From positions 386,172-450,171 of the forward strand of contig OY970358.1 of the NCBI GenBank assembly GCA_963718575.1: a DNA stretch of 64,000 nucleotides, read 5' to 3'. Shown piece after piece: positions 7,006-16,718 of the stretch. Source of the DNA: an uncultured bacterium. Lineage in GTDB: Bacteria > Patescibacteriota > Minisyncoccia > UBA6257 > 2-01-FULL-56-20. The position numbers and the translations under genes were made by a program. The notes under the pieces were generated by a model, which was not told where the DNA came from, ran no database searches, and worked only from the letters and a program-made list of their open reading frames with translations. Positions within the stretch are counted from its first letter, which is position 1. Every line of letters starts with the position of its first letter.

Positions 7006-7584
7006 ATGAAAAAAAATAAAATATCTGCAAAGAATCCCACGCGCATTGGCGCGGATTTTTTCGATCGGCTGTGGCAGAAGAGCTGGACATATATCAAGAC
7101 CGTTGTTGATGTGGTGCGCGAACCGGTGCTCGTGCTCGACAAAGACCTTCGCGTAATGGCGGCGAACGATGCGTTCTATGAAACGTTCAGGGTTAAATCG
7201 AAAGAAACGGAGGGAAATATCGTGTATCAACTCGGCGACGGCCAGTGGGATATTCCCTCATTGCGAAAACTTCTTGAAGATATCCTTGCGCATAATACTT
7301 TCTTCAAAGGATTTCAGGTCGCCCATGAATTCCCCGGGATCGGGCGCAAGGTGATGATATTGAACGGACGACAGATCTATATTGAAGATTATGATAAAAA
7401 GGACTCGTTCCCGCCGATCATCCTGCTCGCCATCGAAGACGTCACCGAAATGATGGTGGTCGCCGAATCGCTTGCGAGCCACAACGATCAGATTGAAGCA
7501 AAATTCGTCATTCGCACGCAAAGATTGGAGGCACAGATCGAAAAAATGGAGCGGGAGATCGCCAAGCTCAAAAAACGGGCATAA
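7006..7584 (+). CDS. Stand-alone PAS-domain protein with C-terminal coiled coil
   Basis: VVDVVREPVLVLDKDLRVMAANDAFYETF...LGDGQWDIPSLRKLLEDIL, similar to the PAS of CheB/CheR fusion proteins. Confidence 0.8.
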   Translation: MKKNKISAKNPTRIGADFFDRLWQKSWTYIKTVVDVVREPVLVLDKDLRVMAANDAFYETFRVKSKETEGNIVYQLGDGQWDIPSLRKLLEDILAHNTFFKGFQVAHEFPGIGRKVMILNGRQIYIEDYDKKDSFPPIILLAIEDVTEMMVVAESLASHNDQIEAKFVIRTQRLEAQIEKMEREIAKLKKRA

Positions 7585-7746
7585 GATCGCATCTTGCCAG
7601 AATCACGTTCGCGTGGGATTCTTAGGGTATCATCGTAATCTCGTTGTAACGGCGACCTCCGCCGTGCGCGCCATTTGCCCTATCTATTACCTTGCCGGGG
7701 TAATATTCGTGTCACAGAACACCGTCATCATCGGCTTATATACGTA

Positions 7747-8271
7747 ATGACTCCCAAACAGGAGGCAAAACGGCAGGCGGCGTTGACAACTGCACACCAC
7801 GACTACGGAAGGGGGCTCCATTTGTATGCATTTTTCAAAGTGCGCAATCGCGCCGTAAGCGAGGACCTGGTACAGGACACGTTCATAAAAACGTGGGGGT
7901 ATTTGGTAAGGGGGGGCAAAGTGGTGGTCATGAAGGCATTTCTCTATCACATCCTCAACAATCTCATCGTGGATGAATATCGAAAGCATAAAACTGTCTC
8001 GCTTGATGTCCTGCTCGAAAAAGGATTCGAACCGAAAGCGCTGCACTCCGGATCCCCTCGCCGCCTTTTTAATTTTTTAGACGGGAAAGCGGCGCTCATT
8101 TTGATCCAGCGTCTTCCGGAAAAATATCAGATGGTGCTACGCATGCGTTATGTACAAGACCTATCACTCAAAGAAATCTCGCTCATCACCGGGCAGTCAA
8201 AAAATACCATTGCGGTCCAGATACACCGCGGGCTTGAACGACTGAAAGAGCTCTACAATCCTTCGGTGTAA
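7747..8271 (+). CDS. ECF-type RNA polymerase sigma factor
   Basis: Region 2 EDLVQDTFIKTW...KAFLYHILNNLIVDEYRK; region 4 LPEKYQ.VL.MRY..DLSLKEIS.ITGQS.NTI.VQIHRG. Confidence 0.9.
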   Translation: MTPKQEAKRQAALTTAHHDYGRGLHLYAFFKVRNRAVSEDLVQDTFIKTWGYLVRGGKVVVMKAFLYHILNNLIVDEYRKHKTVSLDVLLEKGFEPKALHSGSPRRLFNFLDGKAALILIQRLPEKYQMVLRMRYVQDLSLKEISLITGQSKNTIAVQIHRGLERLKELYNPSV

Positions 8272-8301
8272 GGATTTCTGCCGTCAAGCGTCGTTATTAA
8301 T

Positions 8302-8886
8302 ATGGAAAAAAACAAGCGAGGTGAAGGACAAACCATTAGCCCTGTCGGTGCCGATTTTTTCGAGCGCCTCTGGGAGGAAAGCTGGACGTATATTAAAACC
8401 GTCGTTGACGTCGTGCGCGAACCCATTTTAATCCTCGATAAAGACCTTCGCGTGATGGCGGCAAACGAATCCTTCTATAACACATTCCAGGTGGAATCAA
8501 AGGATACCGAACATAAGATCGTGTATGAGCTCGGCAACGGCCAATGGAATATCCCCTCCCTTAAAAAACTCCTGGAGGATATTCTTCCCAAAAACACGTT
8601 CTTTAAGGGCTTTGAGGTCGCCCATGATTTTCCCGCGATCGGCCGCAAGATCATGATCCTTAATGCCCGCCAGATACACGTCGCCGCGAATGCCGCCGCG
8701 CCGCTCTTTCCGCCCATCATCCTGCTTGCCATGGAGGACGTGACGGATATGATGGCGGTCGCAGAGACGCTCGCCAACCACACAACCCAGCTTGAATCAA
8801 AACTCACAGAACGAACACAGATCCTCGAGGCGCGCATCGGAGATCTGGAAAAGGAGATCGGCAAGTTGAAAAAGGCGGCCATGTAA
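8302..8886 (+). CDS. PAS-domain protein, paralog of 7006-7584
   Basis: Near-identical blocks (GADFF.RLW..SWTYIKTVVDVVREP, NTFFKGF.VAH.FP.IGRK, PPIILLA.EDVT.MM). Confidence 0.8.
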   Translation: MEKNKRGEGQTISPVGADFFERLWEESWTYIKTVVDVVREPILILDKDLRVMAANESFYNTFQVESKDTEHKIVYELGNGQWNIPSLKKLLEDILPKNTFFKGFEVAHDFPAIGRKIMILNARQIHVAANAAAPLFPPIILLAMEDVTDMMAVAETLANHTTQLESKLTERTQILEARIGDLEKEIGKLKKAAM

Positions 8887-8916
8887 TATCTTCGCCGCTA
8901 TGACGGCGTCTATTAT

Positions 8917-10161
8917 ATGAAAACCATAAACAAAAACTCATTATTAACAGTATTGGGCGTCTTTTTGACGTTCGGCCTTGGCGCAGCAAGCCCAATGGCG
9001 GCATTCGCAGCGGGGCCACCGCCGGTCGATCTCGGCACTGCAGGAAACTTTGCCATCCTCGCAGAAACAGGGATCTCGACCACGGGATCGACTGCAGTAG
9101 TGGGAAATATCGGCATCAGCCCGGCGGCGGCAAGCTACATCACGGGATTTGCACTGACACTCCCCTCGGCCGGCGCGTTCTCCACATCGGCACTTGTGAC
9201 GGGAGATATCTATGCGCCGGGCTATGCGCTCCCCACCCCGACGGTGATGACCACTGCGATCAGTGATATGCAGACCGCTTACACGAACGGCGCCGGAATG
9301 ACCGATCCGACCGCGACAGAACTGGGTGCCGGAAACATCGGCGGACTCACCCTGGCGCCGGGACTTTATAAGTGGAGCACCGGCGTGACCATTCCGACGG
9401 ATGTCACGCTCTCTGGCGGCCCGAACGATGTCTGGGTATTCCAAATAGCGCAGGGTCTCAATGTGAGCCCGGGAGTAAACGTCGTCCTCAGTGGCGGCGC
9501 GCAGGCGAGCAATGTTTTCTGGATCGTCGCCGGACAGACCACCATCGGCACGACCGCGGTCGTGAACGGAACTATTTTAGATCAGACCACCATCGTATTG
9601 AACACAGGCGCGGTGTTAAATGGCCGGGCACTCGCGCAGGCAGCGGTGACACTCGACGCAAATACGGTGACGGAACCGGGAGCCGCGTCGACGCCGGCGC
9701 CCGTCGTCGTCATGGTGCCGACGTCGACGCCAGTGATAGTATCGACGCCAACTCCGGTATATACCTCTACGACGGCGTCTTCTACTAACAATCCGACGCT
9801 CACGCAGGCACAGACGACACAGGGGGCGCCGAATGCCACCCTACAAACCGAGTTGAACGGACTATTGTCTGAACTACAAACACTTCAAACCGAAGCGGCG
9901 CAACAAGGGTCACCAATCCAGGACGTTGCGGTAAATCTTTCGCAAGGCAGTACCGGCGATGCAGTGGCAATGTTGCAACAATTTTTGATCGACCAAAACA
10001 AAGGTCCGGCCGCCCAGGCACTGGCAAACGTTGGAGCGACTGCTTACTTTGGCTCCCTCACTCGCGCGGCATTGGCGGAATTTCAGGCGAGCGTCGGCGT
10101 CGGTCCGGCACTTGGAAATTTTGGAGCGATCACTCGGGCATATATCAGCGCGCATTACTAA
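8917..10161 (+). CDS. Secreted ice-binding-family (DUF3494) protein with C-terminal peptidoglycan-binding domain
   Basis: Signal peptide; VDLGTAGNFAILA, TLAPGLYKW, DVWVFQI, GAQASNVFWIV, LNGRALAQ; Thr-rich linker; LSQGSTGDAV..LQQFL...YFGSLTRAALAEFQ. Confidence 0.88.
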   Translation: MKTINKNSLLTVLGVFLTFGLGAASPMAAFAAGPPPVDLGTAGNFAILAETGISTTGSTAVVGNIGISPAAASYITGFALTLPSAGAFSTSALVTGDIYAPGYALPTPTVMTTAISDMQTAYTNGAGMTDPTATELGAGNIGGLTLAPGLYKWSTGVTIPTDVTLSGGPNDVWVFQIAQGLNVSPGVNVVLSGGAQASNVFWIVAGQTTIGTTAVVNGTILDQTTIVLNTGAVLNGRALAQAAVTLDANTVTEPGAASTPAPVVVMVPTSTPVIVSTPTPVYTSTTASSTNNPTLTQAQTTQGAPNATLQTELNGLLSELQTLQTEAAQQGSPIQDVAVNLSQGSTGDAVAMLQQFLIDQNKGPAAQALANVGATAYFGSLTRAALAEFQASVGVGPALGNFGAITRAYISAHY

Positions 10162-10189
10162 ATCAATATAATAATTTAAACAAAAAAAC

Positions 10190-12143
10190 ATGAAGCGAAT
10201 CGAAGACAATATAATCACAACGATAATATCTGTTTTCTTGGTGCTCGGCGTTGCAGGACCCGCTATAGCATTTGCCGCCGGCCCGGCGCCGTTGAATCTC
10301 GGCACGGCCGGTAATTTTGCCATCCTCGCAGAAACCGCAATAACGACAACAGGAGCCACGGCGATCACCGGCGATGTCGGCATCAGTCCGGCAGCGGCAA
10401 CCTTCCTTCAGGGATTTGGATTGACGGCGGATCCGTCCAATACTTTTTCAACGTCAGCGCTCGTGACCGGAAAAATCTATGCCGCCAATTATACGCCGCC
10501 GACACCGGCATATATGACCACCGCCGTAAGCAATATGGATGCAGCATACGTTGATGGCGCCGGAAGGGCGACGCCCAACGCCACAAACGTTGATGCCGGG
10601 ATTCTTGGCGGAGAAACATTCGCCCCCGGACTCTATAATTGGACGACAGGCGTCACCATAGCGGCAGGAGGAACACCATCAACGACGATCACGTTGAACG
10701 GCGGCCCGAATGATGTCTGGATATTTCAGATAGATGGGAATATGACCGTTGCCGATGGAGGTAATCTGGGCAATGGTGCGCAGATCTTGCTCACTGGAGG
10801 AGCTCAGGCTCAAAATGTATATTGGGTCGTTGGCGGCTCCACGGGCGCAACACTCGGGGCATATTCAACATTCAATGGAAATATATTGAGCGCGAAACAG
10901 ATCATCATGAACGCAGGCGCGGCGTTGAACGGCCGGGCGCTCGCGCAAAGCCAGATCACGATGATTGCGAATACGGTTTCGCTTCCCGCCGGTTCGGCTC
11001 CTGCGACACTCAACGTCATCAAACTTGTCGTGAATGCGAATGGTGGCACGGCAATTCCTTCCAACTTCACCTTGCATGTAGAAAATGCCAGCTCCGGCCT
11101 TGACGTTGCAGGAAGTCCGTTACCTGGCGCCGCTGCGCCAGGGACACCCTATTCACTTGCTCCGGGCGCATACACGGTGAGCGAGAATGCCGCCCCGGGG
11201 TATACCCAGAGCTTTACCGGCACATGCAATGCAAGCGGCAATATCACTCTTACCGCAGGCGAGGTGGCGACCTGTACTATCGTAAACAGTGACATTCCGG
11301 CGCCAGTGGTGGCACCAGTCGTCAGTGGTGGCGGAGGCGGCGGAGAGATCGTGCCTTTGATCGGCATCACAAAAGTTCCTGCACCACTTACACTCCCCGC
11401 AGGGCCCGGCCAGGTCACCTACACCTATACCGTTCTGGAATGTCGGAGGGGACGCCCCGTTGACCGACGTCACCGTGACCGACAACAGATGCAGTCCGGT
11501 GACATACCTTTCCGGCGATCTAAATAATAATGGACAACTTGACCCGGGCGAAAACTGGAAATATGACTGCGTCACCACGCTTGCCAGCACTACCACAAAC
11601 ACGGCTATCGCCACTGGGCATACCGGCACCCAGACCGCGGTCGCAACGGCCGTCGCGACAGTCGTTGTCGGCGCACCGCTTGACCCTCCGCTCATAAATA
11701 TTGTGAAAGTGCCGAGCCGCCTGGTCCCCTTCCCATTCGGCGGCGGTACGGTTACCTATACCTACACCGTCACCAACCCAGGAATGGTTCCGTTGAACAA
11801 CGTGTCGGTGACCGATAATAGATGCAGCCCGGTAAATTATCTTTCGGGTGATGTGAATGGGAACGGCCTCCTTGATCCGGGTGAGGTGTGGACCTATGCC
11901 TGCAGCACTAATATCACAAACTCGACCACCAATACCGCCACCGCCGAAGGAAGTGCGAACGGGCTTACCGCGATCGGCTATGCCTTTGCCACCGTCCTCG
12001 TATCCGCCCCCGTGTCCACGCCCGGACTTCCGAATACCGGATTTCCTCCGGCGGGGAACGACATCCCGTGGATTATCCTGGTAGTGACTGGCATCTCTAC
12101 AGCAATAATCTTATATTTCACCCAAAAGCGGCGGGTGGGATAA
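10190..12143 (+). CDS. DUF3494 ice-binding-family surface protein with Ig-like repeats and LPxTG anchor; split by a +1 frameshift near 11433
   Basis: ORFs 10190-11527 and 11460-12143 join as YTYTV-WNVGGDAPLTDVTVTDNRCSPV if one base is removed; C-terminus is LPNTG + hydrophobic helix + KRRVG. Confidence 0.8.
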
Positions 12144-12160
12144 TAATAAAAAAACGGGGT

Positions 12161-12790
12161 ATGCGATCGAACATCTCATCAACGTGGTCGATTATTATTG
12201 GCGCAGTTGTGCTCGTCTGTACGGGGGCTGTTGTTTTTTTCATACCCCCCAATGTTCAAGGGCAGTATTCGACCGGTGGTTCGCCCGTCGTCGCAGTTGT
12301 GCCAACCGTTGCGCCGGTCGCGGTCAGCGCCTCTTCTCCCTCGCAAACCGTGGGAATTCCTGCCCGTCTCATTATTCCGGCGATCAACATTGATACCACG
12401 ATAGCGCCGGCCGGGCTCGTCGATGGTGCCATGGGCGTACCCGTCGGTCCCACGAGCACCACGTGGTTCGATCTCGGCCCGCGTCCAGGCCAGATCGGGA
12501 GTGCGGTGATTGCCGGGCATGAAGGATGGAAGGACGGCATCTTTGCGATTTTCGATAATCTTCACGAACTGAGGCCGGGCGATGAGATCTATGTTGTGGA
12601 CGATCAAGGAGCGACCACGACCTTCGTAGTACAGACACTCCAGCTCTATAGCCAGAACGCCAATGCCTCATCGGTATTCACCTCAAATGACGGCTTGGCG
12701 CATTTGAACCTTATCACGTGCGAGGGCACATGGAACGCGGCAGAAAAAAGCTATTCCGACCGGCTTGTGGTATTTGCCAACAAGGAATAA
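12161..12790 (+). CDS. Class F sortase
   Basis: N-terminal TM; PARLIIPAI, GPRPGQIGSAVIAGH, L..LRPGDEIYV, LNLITC, RLVVFA (His/Cys/Arg triad). Confidence 0.9.
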   Translation: MRSNISSTWSIIIGAVVLVCTGAVVFFIPPNVQGQYSTGGSPVVAVVPTVAPVAVSASSPSQTVGIPARLIIPAINIDTTIAPAGLVDGAMGVPVGPTSTTWFDLGPRPGQIGSAVIAGHEGWKDGIFAIFDNLHELRPGDEIYVVDDQGATTTFVVQTLQLYSQNANASSVFTSNDGLAHLNLITCEGTWNAAEKSYSDRLVVFANKE

Positions 12791-12801
12791 AAACCTTTGC
12801 G

Positions 12802-13869
12802 TCATGGCGCGAATGGCGTTGCGCCGCGCCAGTCGGCAGTGTACGTCTTTATGAGCGACGTGATGATGCCCGGATCCGTCAGTATGATTCCGAGCTCTCG
12901 GTTGTCACTGAGTGATGTCGCAGAAAAATTTTCTGACCCAACAAACGCCCGGGCGGATGCACTCTCGCCATCAGCAACAATCACCTTGGCATGAACATAG
13001 AGCGGCGCGTCATCCGCATCGGCATAGGTGCGCACATGCACTCCTGCGGTGGTAAGCTCTTCGAACTCCCACTTCCATTCAAGAGCGCCTGTCATATCCA
13101 CATAGACGGCGATGCCCCGTCGCGCGGCATCGATGAGTGCTTTCGTCACGACCGGATCAGCCATCTCCTCGTTGTATATATAGAGTGATTTTCTCGCCCC
13201 ATCAATAAGATTGATCAACGCCGGTTCCGAACCAGGGCTCCAAAGAAGGTCGTCGCCTGAGTCGCCGTTGTTACCGCCGCTCGCGGGAGTGCCACGCCCT
13301 GGCGTGGCGCTCCCCTCCCAATCATCATTGAACGTATCCTTCATTGCCTCAACATCGCGTGTGTCATCGTCAACAATTCCAAAGTCACGTCCGGTGGCGT
13401 AATAGTTTGAAACCAAGTTGAAGGTCATGACGAGCGCGCGATCGCTGTCGACGACCAGTGATTTTTCGTGCGTCAAAGAAAAATACGATGGCGACCATCG
13501 CACCGGGATTCCACGCGCAGTTAAGTAGTCATATACCGCGCCGTTCATCGTGGACATCGCCCCTTGATACCCGGCACTCAGGATGACCCGCACCGCTACG
13601 CCGCGCCGTTCATCTGCCACGAGCGCGGACTCGATCTGTGGGTCATCAAACTCATACATCACGAGATCCACGGACGCCGAAGCACCGCGGATCATCGTAA
13701 GTACCGGCGCGATGCCATCGTCCGGTTCGGTAATAAGCGAAAACGCTCCACTTGAAGTAATATTTTTATATTGAACTGGAAAGAATTGCGCGTGAAATCG
13801 AAACAAGACAAAAATCCCTGCCATCGCGATACAAATCGAGATGAATATATGGTTTCGTTTCATTCCCAA
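12802..13869 (-). CDS. Phospholipase D family protein (two HKD motifs)
   Basis: THEKSLVVD and VHAKVIVAD...FVGSENFS...NRELGI; N-terminal TM. Confidence 0.88.
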   Translation of the reverse strand: MGMKRNHIFISICIAMAGIFVLFRFHAQFFPVQYKNITSSGAFSLITEPDDGIAPVLTMIRGASASVDLVMYEFDDPQIESALVADERRGVAVRVILSAGYQGAMSTMNGAVYDYLTARGIPVRWSPSYFSLTHEKSLVVDSDRALVMTFNLVSNYYATGRDFGIVDDDTRDVEAMKDTFNDDWEGSATPGRGTPASGGNNGDSGDDLLWSPGSEPALINLIDGARKSLYIYNEEMADPVVTKALIDAARRGIAVYVDMTGALEWKWEFEELTTAGVHVRTYADADDAPLYVHAKVIVADGESASARAFVGSENFSATSLSDNRELGIILTDPGIITSLIKTYTADWRGATPFAP

Positions 13870-13982
13870 ACCCTACCATTTGCATATTAAAAAAAGATTA
13901 TCTACCCATTGCCTTTTTCGTCAATAGAATAAGGAAAATATGACGTGAAATTGTTCCCTTTCCGCAAATCCATAATTCCAGT

Positions 13983-15059
13983 ATGCTAACAAACGACATG
14001 GCCGGCACAAAAACCACTAATAACAACTTCTGGCTTAAGCTCCCCCGCCCGATCATGGCGCAGGCGCCGATGGCGAACGTCACGGACGCGGCTTTCCGGC
14101 GCATGTTCGCGGAGTGCGGCAAGCCGGACGTCTTTTGGACGGAATTCGTTTCCGTGGAAGGCTTGCTTTCGCGCGGGCGCGAGAAACTGCTTACCGACCT
14201 CTGGTTCGACAAAGAAAACCCTGCCGAGCGCCCGATCGTGGCGCAGATCTTCGGCGGTAAGCCGGAACAGTTCGAGGCAGTGGCACCGCTCATCAAAGAG
14301 CTCGGCTTCGATGGCATCGACATCAATATGGGTTGCCCTGACCGTGGCGTAGAAAAGTCCGGGGCTGGAGCCGGGCTTATTAAGACCCCAGCAGTCGCAA
14401 AAGAAATCATTCGCGCGCTCAAGCGCGGCCTCATGGCGGCGGCGAACGGTGCGGGCGGGCTCCCCGTCTCCGTAAAAACCCGGCTCGGGTATTCGAACAC
14501 CGCCGAGATGGAAACCTGGATCCCGACGCTACTCGAAGAAAACCTAGCGGCGCTCACCGTCCACCTCCGCACCCGCGCCGAGATGTCCGACGTACCGGCG
14601 CACTGGGATCTGGCACCAAAAATAGTGACCATGAGGGACAAAATCGCCCCAAAAACCATCCTCCTCGGCAATGGCGACGTCCGCTCGCTCGAAGACGGCC
14701 GCCAAAAAGCCGCCGAATCCGGCATGGACGGAGCGATGGTAGGCTCCGGCCTCTTTGGCAACCCTTGGTTCTTCTCCGGCCGGGTGCCAGGCGTCCGGGA
14801 ACGGCTCGAACGGCTCGTCACTCACACCGAACTCTTTGAGAAGCTCTACCGGAGCGATAACCCCAAGACCATCGGCCAGGGTGGCCGGCTTAAGAACTTT
14901 GACGTGATGAAGAAGCACTATAAATCCTATACGACGGCATATGACGGCTTCGATGGCGCTAAAGAGCTCCGCCTCCGACTGATGGAAGCGGAAAATGCGG
15001 CCGAGGTGAGTAAAATAATCCAGAATTTCCTAAAAAAGCACCCTGAGGAGGCGTCTTGA
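13983..15059 (+). CDS. dus: tRNA-dihydrouridine synthase
   Basis: APMANVTDAAFR, GIDINMGCP, GAGAGLI, PVSVKTRLG, GNGDV. Confidence 0.92.
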   Translation: MLTNDMAGTKTTNNNFWLKLPRPIMAQAPMANVTDAAFRRMFAECGKPDVFWTEFVSVEGLLSRGREKLLTDLWFDKENPAERPIVAQIFGGKPEQFEAVAPLIKELGFDGIDINMGCPDRGVEKSGAGAGLIKTPAVAKEIIRALKRGLMAAANGAGGLPVSVKTRLGYSNTAEMETWIPTLLEENLAALTVHLRTRAEMSDVPAHWDLAPKIVTMRDKIAPKTILLGNGDVRSLEDGRQKAAESGMDGAMVGSGLFGNPWFFSGRVPGVRERLERLVTHTELFEKLYRSDNPKTIGQGGRLKNFDVMKKHYKSYTTAYDGFDGAKELRLRLMEAENAAEVSKIIQNFLKKHPEEAS

Positions 15060-15152
15060 CATCCCAAACTACCCCTTCGGCTTGCCAAGATCCCCTCCCG
15101 GCCAATCCATTGACTTTTTGGAGGGGGTCTGCTAGTATTAGGGAACAAATAA

Positions 15153-15668
15153 ATGAGTAGTATATATTACCCCGCGAGGGGCTTTTTTATTGGGAAAGCC
15201 AGTAAATACCTACTAATTCTGGTTGCCGTAGGCCTTATGGTCTACCCGGGCACCATTCAGGCCGACACGATGGCCGCCCACCCCGTCCTGAGCGCACCGA
15301 TCGCGGCAGTGGGGGTTCAAGCCACGGCTTCCGCGCCCGAAACCCTGTCTATAACGCCGCCCAATACCCAGACAGTCTGGGTGACGGCCTACACGAGCGA
15401 CCCGGACGAGACGTCCGACCACCCCCTCATCACCGCCTCGGGTGGGATGGTGCGGGACGGCGTAGTGGCTGACAACCTGCTCCCCTTCGGGACCGAGATC
15501 GAAATCCCTGCTCTCTTTGGTGCTAAGGTCTTTACCGTTGAAGATCGCACGAACGCCAAGTTCAGCGGTCGCGTGGATATCTGGATGCCTACTTATAATC
15601 AAGCCCTCGACTTTGGCATCCAGAAGGCGCAGATCGTCATCCTCGACCAGAATCTGGCGATGAAGTAG
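15153..15668 (+). CDS. 3D-domain (double-psi barrel) cell-wall-related protein
   Basis: VTAYTS..DETSDHPLITASG, LPFGTEIEIP, VEDR, VDIWM. Confidence 0.8.
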   Translation: MSSIYYPARGFFIGKASKYLLILVAVGLMVYPGTIQADTMAAHPVLSAPIAAVGVQATASAPETLSITPPNTQTVWVTAYTSDPDETSDHPLITASGGMVRDGVVADNLLPFGTEIEIPALFGAKVFTVEDRTNAKFSGRVDIWMPTYNQALDFGIQKAQIVILDQNLAMK

Positions 15669-15677
15669 AATAGTCTG

Positions 15678-16253
15678 GTGTCCAGGCAACTTTTCCGGTT
15701 CCTCATCAAATACAAGTACTGGGTGATATTCCCTATCGCCACGCTCGAGGGCCCGATCATCACTATGGTGTCGGGATTTCTTATATCGCTCGGCATTTTG
15801 AGCTTCATCCCCACGTTATTGGTGGTCTTTGCCGGAGATATCCTCTCCGATTCTTTTTATTATGCCCTCGGCCGGCGCGGGCGCAGGTTCGTGGAGCGGG
15901 TAAAATTCCTGCACATCACCGAAGCGCGCTTGGAAAAAGTGGAAGAGCACTTCAAGAAGTATCCTGGGAAGACGTTTATGATAAGCAAGGCGTCGTACGG
16001 CGTGGGATCGTTGTTTTTGGTGGCTGCCGGAGCGTCAAAGATGGCCTATCAGAAGTTTCTGGAATACATAACGCCGATGAATGCCCTACGTTCCACTATA
16101 TTGTTGCTGATCGGCTACTTTTTGGGTCGTGCAGTGCGCCACGCGGACGTCTATCTTGAATACTACACGCTCGCGGTCATCATCATTCTGCCGATCGGGT
16201 ATTATATAGTTAAGCAGATACAAAAGATCAGGACGGGAGAGCCATTATTATAA
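15678..16253 (+). CDS. DedA/VTT family membrane protein
   Basis: LEGPI, GDILSDSFYYALGR, AAGASKM.Y.KF. Confidence 0.8.
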   Translation: MSRQLFRFLIKYKYWVIFPIATLEGPIITMVSGFLISLGILSFIPTLLVVFAGDILSDSFYYALGRRGRRFVERVKFLHITEARLEKVEEHFKKYPGKTFMISKASYGVGSLFLVAAGASKMAYQKFLEYITPMNALRSTILLLIGYFLGRAVRHADVYLEYYTLAVIIILPIGYYIVKQIQKIRTGEPLL

Positions 16254-16666
16254 TGAAAAGCATATTAAAAGGGTTCAAGGAGTTCGTATTGCGCGGGAAC
16301 GTGGTGGATCTTGCCGTCGGCGTCATGATCGGCGCGGCGTTCAACACTGTCGTCACGGCGCTCGTCAAAGACCTGATGACTCCGCTCATCGCGGCGATCG
16401 TGAAGCAGCCCAATTTTTCCACGTTTTCGTTCACTTTGAACGGCAGCCAGTTCCTTTATGGCGATTTCATAAACGACCTTATCTCTTTTTTGATCACCGC
16501 GGCGACGATCTATTTCTTTATCGTCGTTCCCGTTAATAAACTGAGTAGTATACATAAAGGCCCTCCGCCCGAGGCGACCACGAAAGTGTGCCCGGAGTGT
16601 CTGAGTAGTATTCCTGCCAAAGCGCATCGGTGTGCTTTCTGCGCGAGCGTGCAGAAAGCTAAATAA
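16253..16666 (+). CDS. mscL: Large-conductance mechanosensitive channel
   Basis: FKEFVLRGNVVDLAVGVMIGAAF, YGDFIN; C-terminal CPEC...CAFC. Confidence 0.93.
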   Translation: MKSILKGFKEFVLRGNVVDLAVGVMIGAAFNTVVTALVKDLMTPLIAAIVKQPNFSTFSFTLNGSQFLYGDFINDLISFLITAATIYFFIVVPVNKLSSIHKGPPPEATTKVCPECLSSIPAKAHRCAFCASVQKAK

Positions 16667-16683
16667 TTTTTTTAATAAAAGAA

Positions 16684-16712
16684 AATGGCCACCGAGTTTT
16701 CCTGGTGGCCAT
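16684..16712. terminator. Hairpin between convergent mscL and ABC genes
   Basis: ATGGCCACC / GGTGGCCAT inverted repeat. Confidence 0.55.
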
Positions 16713-16718
16713 GAATTT

